Assembly (NCBI GenBank): GCA_947629695.1
Contig: CANREQ010000001.1
Coordinates: 1-51,949, forward strand
Reading direction: 5' to 3'
Source: an uncultured Clostridia bacterium
Lineage (GTDB): Bacteria; Bacillota; Clostridia; Christensenellales; Borkfalkiaceae
DNA: 51,949 bases
Shown here: positions 17,321-22,563 of the stretch, piece after piece
How positions within the stretch are numbered: position 1 is the first letter of the stretch
Layout: every line of letters starts with the position of its first letter
The notes under the pieces: model-generated
Seen by the model: only the letters and a program-made list of their open reading frames with translations
What the model was told of the DNA's origin: nothing
The model's database searches: none
Program-made: the position numbers and the translations under genes

Positions 17321-18985
17321 ATGGCGAAGCTCGAAAAAATCGATCTGGGCCCGGACAGGCTTATATCCATAGCGGCCGACGCGCTCGACGACCACAAATT
17401 CATAACGGCTTTGAAAATGCTCAACAAAAACGCGATCCTCAACGGCAACGACGAGGATTCGTTTATGCTGTACGCCGAAATTTTCGACGACATGGAGCTG
17501 TACGAAAAGAGCGTCAACGGTTGGTTCAAATACCTCGATTACGCCGAGGAAGTCGCCGATTTCGAGGAAGCCTACGAGGGCCTCGCCATAGGCTACATGA
17601 ATTTGGGGCGCGAAAGTGTTTCGGCATATTACTACAATAAGCTCCTTATGGAAACAAACGCGTCTTTAACGCCCGAAAACAGGCAGGAGATAATAAATTC
17701 CTTCATAAAGAGCGATAAACCCACCCTGCATTTCGCCTATCCGCCCCAACTTGCGGACTATTCCGCGGAGATAGAGGGCGGCATACGCATGATGCGCTCG
17801 GGCGATTACGGGGGCGCGATAGAGTATTTCGAGAAGGTGAGCGAGGGCAACGAAAAATACCCCGACGCCCGCAATTATATCGCGATGTGCCATATCATCA
17901 ACGACAAGCTCGAAGAAGCCGAACAGGAGTGCGCCGCGATACTCAAAAACGACCCGTCCGACGTGCAGGCGCTCACCACGCTCGCCGCCGTCAAGACCCA
18001 GCAGAACAAAAACGATGAGGCGCTTGAAATCGCCGGCCGCTTGCTCTCCATAAAGGTGGAGTCGCCCGCCGACATTTACAAAATAGTCTCCGTCTGTTGC
18101 GAAAACAAATTGCACGCGCAGGCGTACGAGCTGTTGAAAAAGCTCCGCGAGGATCTGCCCTACGATTTCTCCATACTCTATTTCTCCGCCATTTCCGCTT
18201 ACAATTGCGGCAAAATCGAGGAAAGCAACAAAATTTTCGACCTCATTCTCACTATTTATCCCAACGCGATAACCGCAGAGTATTGGAAGATGCGCGTAAA
18301 CAAAAACGCTTCCCTTCCCGAAGAAAAGAGGGAGGAGCTGGAGTATTTCTATCGCCTTCCCAAGGACGAAAGCGAGACAAATCTGGAATTTTTGTCCGTA
18401 TTTTCCCGCCTTACCGATAAAATGTGCGCCCGTATCTCGGCCGAAGCCGACGTGGAAAATTGCGTGCGGTGGTGCTTCGACGAGGGCGAGGGCAACGACT
18501 CCTACGAGCTTAAACTGCTCGGTGCGATATGCGCGGTAAAGGCGGAGCTTAACGATACCGTGCGCGATATACTTCTGGACGCGTTCTTGCCCGACGGCAT
18601 AAAAATAGAGACGGTAAACGCCCTTGTACAGCGCAACGGCACGGGCGATTACGGCATAGTCATCTGCAGCATTTTCAAGCGCATATCCCTTATACCCCTG
18701 CAAACCGGCAGGAACAAGCGCAAGACCTTTTTGCGCGCATACGCCATGGCTTTTTCGCGCCTTGCTGTGCTCTCGGAGGACTACGGCGGCATGCTCAACC
18801 AAGCGGCGTGTAATCTGTACGAAAAGCTTGAAAGGGAGGGCCGGCTCGATGAAGCCCGTTCCGCGCAGGTGCTCGCGGCGGCGATCGTCAAAAGCGCGGG
18901 CATAAACGAGGAAATGCTCCCCGAAGAGGCGCTTCTCTCCTTTTTCGGCGCGGATAAGGAGAAGGTCCAAAGCCTGCTCGGTTAG
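17321..18985 (+). CDS. TPR-repeat protein
   Basis: 554 aa with repeated 34-aa helical-hairpin patterns (A..Y....L......A...Y..AL). No enzymatic motif was seen. Confidence 0.7.
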   Translation: MAKLEKIDLGPDRLISIAADALDDHKFITALKMLNKNAILNGNDEDSFMLYAEIFDDMELYEKSVNGWFKYLDYAEEVADFEEAYEGLAIGYMNLGRESVSAYYYNKLLMETNASLTPENRQEIINSFIKSDKPTLHFAYPPQLADYSAEIEGGIRMMRSGDYGGAIEYFEKVSEGNEKYPDARNYIAMCHIINDKLEEAEQECAAILKNDPSDVQALTTLAAVKTQQNKNDEALEIAGRLLSIKVESPADIYKIVSVCCENKLHAQAYELLKKLREDLPYDFSILYFSAISAYNCGKIEESNKIFDLILTIYPNAITAEYWKMRVNKNASLPEEKREELEYFYRLPKDESETNLEFLSVFSRLTDKMCARISAEADVENCVRWCFDEGEGNDSYELKLLGAICAVKAELNDTVRDILLDAFLPDGIKIETVNALVQRNGTGDYGIVICSIFKRISLIPLQTGRNKRKTFLRAYAMAFSRLAVLSEDYGGMLNQAACNLYEKLEREGRLDEARSAQVLAAAIVKSAGINEEMLPEEALLSFFGADKEKVQSLLG

Positions 18986-19026
18986 CCCGTCCCATATATA
19001 AATCAAACAAAAAAGGTTAAAATATA

Positions 19027-19863
19027 ATGAAAATTTACGATTTTGACGGCATGTTCGACGAGAAACTGTCCGAATACATCAAGAAAAACGGAGATAAATA
19101 TAAAGAAAGCGAGTGGGAGGACATAATCCCCCGCCTCTACGAAAAGTTCGGCGACACGGTGATAAAATCCATAGGCAAGTCGCCCAACGGGTATTTCGCG
19201 GACATGAGCGACGAGGAGCTCATCACCTGCCTCAAAGCCTACTTAAAACAGGGCATAGGCATATCGGAATATCTGTGCAAGGCGATAGAAAAGCGCAACA
19301 ACCCCGCGCTTTTATTGCCCCTTTTATCGGGCACAGAGGACGAAATCATTCTCGCCCTCAACCTTTTGGGCGCGTGCAAAGAGGCCCTGCCCGAGTATAT
19401 GCGCCTCTTGACGGAGAGCGAAAGCGAGGATATCCGCAACACCTGCGTGGACGCGGTCAAGCAATTCGCCGACGACGTAAAGGGGCAGGCGCTTTCTTAT
19501 TACGGGCAGGGCGTGCGCAAGGATTACATGCTTGAAATCCTCTCGCGGTGCGTGGTGCGCGACGACAAGATTTTCGATATTTTGATAAAGGAATTCCGCA
19601 CGGACGCGGACAATATCCCCATGCTTGCAAGCTACCTCGCGGCATACGGCGACGAACGCGCGCTTCCCTACCTTCTCGACAAAATCGACGAGGAAGGCAT
19701 AAGTTACATCGAGTTTCAGGAGCTGAAATACGCCATCGAAAGCCTCGGGGGCAGTTACGACAAGCCGCGCGATTTCTCCTCCGATCCCTACTACAACGCG
19801 ATAAAGGCGCACAGCGAAGAGGGCATAGACATATTCGGCGACGTGAACGGGGAAGATAAATAG
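19027..19863 (+). CDS. hypothetical alpha-helical (HEAT-like) protein
   Basis: 278 aa with coding-like composition and no recognisable motif. Confidence 0.6.
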   Translation: MKIYDFDGMFDEKLSEYIKKNGDKYKESEWEDIIPRLYEKFGDTVIKSIGKSPNGYFADMSDEELITCLKAYLKQGIGISEYLCKAIEKRNNPALLLPLLSGTEDEIILALNLLGACKEALPEYMRLLTESESEDIRNTCVDAVKQFADDVKGQALSYYGQGVRKDYMLEILSRCVVRDDKIFDILIKEFRTDADNIPMLASYLAAYGDERALPYLLDKIDEEGISYIEFQELKYAIESLGGSYDKPRDFSSDPYYNAIKAHSEEGIDIFGDVNGEDK

Positions 19864-19975
19864 GTTGAAATCAACCGCGAAACGCCCCCGCACGCAAAAT
19901 AAGAAAAGTAAAATTTTATAAAAAAGGGAATGTAACCTCCGCAAACTGTCAATAAAGTGAGCGGAGGTATTTTTT

Positions 19976-20164
19976 ATGACTCAATTGACGTCGAAAGAAC
20001 TAACGATGATTTCGGACGCACTGACGTTTGAAGGGCTTATCTGCAAAAAGGCGAGGGCGTACTCCAAAACGCTGACGGACACCGACCTTGCCGACTGCAT
20101 GACGAAGATCGCCGACGAGCATCTCCGCCGATACAATTCATTGCTTTGCATATTGGGAGGTTAA
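19976..20164 (+). CDS. small CotF-associated spore coat-like protein
   Basis: 62 aa with a GGAGGT RBS. The helical L..E......A pattern is typical of the small partner upstream of Coat-F genes. Confidence 0.55.
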   Translation: MTQLTSKELTMISDALTFEGLICKKARAYSKTLTDTDLADCMTKIADEHLRRYNSLLCILGG

Positions 20165-20168
20165 AAAA

Positions 20169-20456
20169 ATGAAAAACGCGAAAAGCGACACAAGTCTGAA
20201 CGAAAAAGACGCAATATTGGACATGTTGGAAAGCGAGAAGCAGTTGATGTCCTTTTACACGACCGCGCTGTTTGAGGGCAGTACAAAGAGCGTGCGCAAG
20301 GAATTTTCCTCGCATCTCAATTCGGTAGCGGAGAACCAGTACAGTTTATACACGCAGATGTCGTCGAGGGGCTACTACACGCCCGCGCCGGCGCAGAAGC
20401 AAATGATAGATACGACCAACGAAACATTCAAGAAACAGCAAAAACAGCTTTCCTGA
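20169..20456 (+). CDS. spore coat protein, CotF (Coat F domain) family
   Basis: 95 aa with a GGGAGG RBS. It contains LNEKDAILDMLESEKQL...Y..AL.E....VR..F......E.Q, the Coat-F signature. Confidence 0.75.
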   Translation: MKNAKSDTSLNEKDAILDMLESEKQLMSFYTTALFEGSTKSVRKEFSSHLNSVAENQYSLYTQMSSRGYYTPAPAQKQMIDTTNETFKKQQKQLS

Positions 20457-20494
20457 CCGTACTATATAATATAGAAAAGATAGCAATTGAACTC

Positions 20495-20523
20495 TTCCCC
20501 GGCTTGCCCTCGCTCAGGGTGAC
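20495..20523 (+). repeat. solo right arm of the A-type repeat (..cgctcagggtgac)
   Basis: It matches the 3' ends of A1-A4. Confidence 0.5.
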
Positions 20524-20530
20524 AACCCCT

Positions 20531-20584
20531 CGGCTCCCCTTGCGTGCAAGGGGAGCTGTCTGCTTGCAGACTGAGGGGATTATT
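20531..20584 (+). repeat. B-type two-hairpin repeat (copy B1)
   Basis: ctcccctt-gcgtgc-aaggggag, agct, gtctg-cttg-cagac, tgaggggatta. Confidence 0.7.
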
Positions 20585-20614
20585 CTAATAATATGGGAAA
20601 GCCCTTTAAGTGTC

Positions 20615-20871
20615 GTCATTCCGAGCGATTGAGAACGCAAAGCGTTCGATTGAGCCGAGGAAGTCTCACACGGCGTAAGGACAACGCCGTGTTCGGTCAC
20701 CGTTCGCACGGGACGGAAGTGCTCACTCATCTCGCGCGGCAAAACAGTGGGTGTCCACTGTTTTGAGAAGCTCCGCGCTCGTCCCTTGTGGTGGTAGGGA
20801 CTAAAGTTGGAACGGCATTCCCACTTATTTCAGGGGGACCCGTTTGGCGCGCTTCGCTTGCTCAGGGTGAC
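20615..20871 (+). repeat. A-type composite palindromic repeat (copy A1), interrupted by a 116-nt insertion (20673-20788)
   Basis: The 5' arm is gtcattccgagcg, followed by the gaacgc-aaa-gcgttc hairpin, and the 3' arm is ctcagggtgac. The insertion position was inferred by alignment to A3. Confidence 0.7.
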
Positions 20872-20904
20872 GACTCGGGCAGGGGCGGACGGCGGGCATC
20901 CCAT

Positions 20905-21046
20905 GTCATTCCGAGCGATTGAGAACGCAAAGCGTTCGATTGAGCCGAGGAATCCCCCACGTGGTGGTAGGGACTAACGTTGAAACGGCATTACCACTTA
21001 TTTCAGGGGGACCCGTTCGACTCCGCTACGCTCCGTTCAGGGTGAC
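20905..21046 (+). repeat. A-type repeat (copy A2, 142 nt)
   Basis: It is joined to A1 by the 33-nt linker gactcgggcaggggcggacggcgggcatcccat. It is nearly identical to A3 over most of its length. Confidence 0.75.
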
Positions 21047-21050
21047 GACG

Positions 21051-21113
21051 CCCCCTTATAGCGCCCCTTTTTCAAAGGGGAGCTGTCGCCGCAGGCGACT
21101 GAGGGGATTATTT
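21051..21113 (+). repeat. B-type two-hairpin repeat (copy B2)
   Basis: ccccttt-ttc-aaagggg, agct, gtcgcc-gca-ggcgac, tgaggggatta. Hairpin 2 carries two compensatory base-pair changes relative to B0 and B1. Confidence 0.7.
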
Positions 21114-21161
21114 CAGATAATCTATAAAGCAAAAAACCGTCTGAACCATTGTTTCAAACGA

Positions 21162-21190
21162 TTGACAAATAATTTTAAAAGTATTATAAT
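21162..21190 (+). promoter_or_regulatory. consensus sigma-A promoter (left promoter of the cassette)
   Basis: A perfect TTGACA-17 nt-TATAAT. Confidence 0.65.
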
Positions 21191-21255
21191 GGTAATTAAG
21201 CAACAAGGGTTTCCCGAAGGCGGTTAATCTCGCCCCGTAAAGGGGGTGAAAAATT

Positions 21256-21360
21256 ATGAGGATAGAGCTTATTATCTTTTTGTTGAGCTTGCTCGATAAG
21301 GGATACATATCTTCCGTCCGCGTTACAAAAGATAAAATCTTTTTAACCATAAAAAAATAA
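21256..21360 (+). CDS. 34-codon sORF (MRIELIIFLLSLLDKGYISSVRVTKDKIFLTIKK)
   Basis: An AGGGGGTG SD lies 8 nt upstream of the ATG, about 60 nt downstream of the consensus promoter. The stop is embedded in the A-run of the terminator. No homology is known to me. Confidence 0.4.
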   Translation: MRIELIIFLLSLLDKGYISSVRVTKDKIFLTIKK

Positions 21361-21397
21361 CCGCCCAAAGTTTGGCCACGGAAGGCAGTTATTTTTT
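21351..21397. terminator. bidirectional intrinsic terminator (A7-stem-T6)
   Basis: ataaccgcc / ggcagttat form the stem (one mismatch) with an inner ccaaagtttgg hairpin. It is flanked by A7 on the left and T6 on the right. Confidence 0.5.
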
Positions 21398-21441
21398 AAT
21401 TAACTGACGGGGCTGACCGTTTAGGGAGTCACCCTTGTTGT
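21351..21441 (-). ncRNA. candidate ~90-nt antisense/convergent sRNA
   Basis: It is predicted from the minus-strand promoter at 21448-21476 and the shared terminator. It contains no ORF. Confidence 0.3.
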
Positions 21442-21447
21442 GGGTTT

Positions 21448-21476
21448 ATTTTATAATATATTTTATATTTTGTCAA
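21448..21476 (-). promoter_or_regulatory. sigma-A-type promoter candidate (right promoter of the cassette)
   Basis: The minus strand reads TTGACA-17 nt-TAAAAT. It lies inside the inverted copy of the left promoter region. Confidence 0.4.
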
Positions 21477-21484
21477 GGTTTTAT

Positions 21485-21509
21485 GCGCGGATTTTTCCGC
21501 GCTTTTTTT
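21485..21509 (+). terminator. intrinsic terminator (plus strand only)
   Basis: gcgcgg-attttt-ccgcgc followed by T7. Confidence 0.6.
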
Positions 21510-21537
21510 GATAAATTTGCGAGCTTTTTATTTCGCC

Positions 21538-21680
21538 GTCATTCCGAGCGATTGAGAACGCAAAGCGTTCGATTGAGCCGAGGAAGTCTCACACGTGGTG
21601 GTAGGGACTAACGTTGAAACGGCATTACCACTTATTTCATGGGGACCCGTTCGACTCCGCTACGCTCCGCTCAGGGTGAC
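21538..21680 (+). repeat. A-type repeat (copy A3, 143 nt)
   Basis: gtcattccgagcg ... cgctcagggtgac. It is followed by a 33-nt linker that differs from the A1-A2 linker at one position. Confidence 0.75.
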
Positions 21681-21713
21681 GGCTCGGGCAGGGGCGGACG
21701 GCGGGCATCCCAT

Positions 21714-21855
21714 GTCATTCCGAGCGATTGAGAACGCAAAGCGTTCGATTGAGCCGAGGAATCCCCCACGTGGACTTGGGGAGCGCATTTGGAACGGCTT
21801 TCCCGCATAGGATAGGGGGACCCGTTCGACTCCGCTACGCTACGCTCAGGGTGAC
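21714..21855 (+). repeat. A-type repeat (copy A4, 142 nt, divergent central hairpin)
   Basis: It has the same arms and first hairpin. The central segment is replaced by ggacttggggagcgcatttggaacggctttcccgcatagg. Confidence 0.7.
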
Positions 21856-22094
21856 GACGTCCCCTTGGCTTCTTCCGCTTGCGGGGACGAGCAAAGAGTT
21901 CCCAAACAGCACAGTGTGCTGTTTGGCTTTGCGAGATGAGCGAGCGCATAGTGAAAGGCGCGAGCGGTGACTGAGGCAAATGTTGTTCCTTACATTTGCC
22001 GAGACGGTGCCCCAACGGGGCAGGTGGGAGTGTTTCAAATAATTGTGAGCCAATTAAATGTGTTGTCATTTCGCCAGAGGGCGTGGCCTCCGCC

Positions 22095-22140
22095 GTCATT
22101 TCGAGCGGAGCGCGAAGCGCGTAGTCGAGAAATCCCCTCG
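22095..22140 (+). repeat. degenerate A-type 5' half (copy A5)
   Basis: gtcatttcgagcg + gcgc-gaa-gcgc hairpin + gtcgagaaatcccc. Confidence 0.45.
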
Positions 22141-22338
22141 TCTTATGCGTCCAAAACCCGTCTCTCAACCACCCCTTGCCCCTCTTCCGCACGGCGAAGC
22201 CGTGCTCCCTCTCCCGCACTCCCCAAGGGGAGTGGGGCGATATACCAACAAAATCCGTCAAAAAAGACAAAAAAGTGGCAAACAAAAGAAAAAAACGAGA
22301 AAAAACAATGTTAATTTATAACAAAAAATGAAAAAGTA

Positions 22339-22367
22339 TTGACAAAATTCCCAAGGTGTAATACAAT
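22339..22367 (+). promoter_or_regulatory. sigma-A-type promoter of the giant surface-protein gene
   Basis: TTGACA-17 nt-TACAAT, preceded by phased A-tracts (22260-22335). Confidence 0.55.
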
Positions 22368-22373
22368 GTAAGC

Positions 22374-22485
22374 GTCAAGATTTCAATTAAATATCGGTGT
22401 AAAAGCCAATGGCGCTTCTATCCTCGCGGTAGAAGTCGTTACCTTATTACAATTAGTGCCATTGGCAACCGATTGAAATCTTGAC
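22374..22485 (+). promoter_or_regulatory. nested-hairpin 5' leader element (unclassified)
   Basis: Three perfect nested stems: gtcaagatttcaat/attgaaatcttgac (14 bp), gccaatggc/gccattggc (9 bp) and cttcta/tagaag (6 bp). Confidence 0.5.
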
Positions 22486-22514
22486 AAATACTTAAGGGAA
22501 ACAACTTTTACGGG

Positions 22515-22546
22515 TGCCGTGTCCCTTGTGGACGCGGCATTTTTTT
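22515..22546 (+). terminator. intrinsic terminator inside the leader, 17 nt upstream of the start codon
   Basis: tgccgtgtcc-cttgt-ggacgcggca (10 bp, one G-U pair) followed by T7. Confidence 0.75.
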
Positions 22547-22563
22547 ATCTACGAGGGGGAAAT

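Larger units (their letters stand above)
21162..21476. other. AT-rich convergent-promoter sORF/sRNA cassette bounded by about 55-nt imperfect inverted repeats
   Basis: The left and right ends share ordered blocks in inverted orientation: TTGACAAA, TATTATAA, CAACAAGGGT, TCCC, CGGT, GCCCCGT. See findings. Confidence 0.5.

Noticed and set aside
21015-21024. GTTCGACTCC in the A units as evidence of a tRNA or tRNA-derived gene.
   Set aside because: The flanking 5-nt segments are not complementary, so there is no T-stem. No acceptor, D or anticodon arms could be drawn.
21162-21476. A direct par/fst-type type I toxin-antitoxin assignment for the cassette.
   Set aside because: In par, the 5' repeats are direct in DNA and so complementary between the two RNAs. 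Here they are inverted, which makes the two RNAs identical in that region. The 34-aa peptide also lacks a full-length TM helix. I kept it as an analogy only.
20615-21855. Whether the A repeats form a CRISPR array.
   Set aside because: The units are about 142 nt, not 24-48 nt. They directly abut through a conserved linker rather than unique spacers of constant length, and no cas genes are present.
20495-22140. Whether the A and B hairpins are integron attC sites flanking a gene cassette.
   Set aside because: There are no GTTRRRY / RYYYAAC core sites at the hairpin ends and no intI integrase or attI nearby. The cassette also carries its own promoters, unlike typical promoterless integron cassettes.
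20428-22321. ORF-track entries inside the repeat region: 20428-20742(-), 20919-21227(+), 21108-21368(-), 21595-21810(+), 21671-22285(-, 204 aa), 21728-21970(+), 21835-22053(-), 21967-22314(+) and 22058-22321(+).
   Set aside because: They are read-throughs of the A and B palindromic repeats. The same peptide strings recur because the DNA repeats. They have low-complexity Arg/Ser/Pro composition and no RBS.
22374-22485. The 14-bp perfect inverted repeats as an invertible promoter switch (inverton).
   Set aside because: The promoter lies outside (upstream of) the repeats. The 84-bp interior has no convincing -35/-10 in either orientation and is itself made of nested palindromes. No invertase gene is nearby. 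An RNA or cruciform structure explains it better.
22519-22563. The ORF-track start (GTG 22519) for the giant protein.
   Set aside because: It lies inside the leader terminator hairpin and has no RBS. ATG 22564 has a GAGGGGGA SD and begins a canonical signal/anchor sequence.
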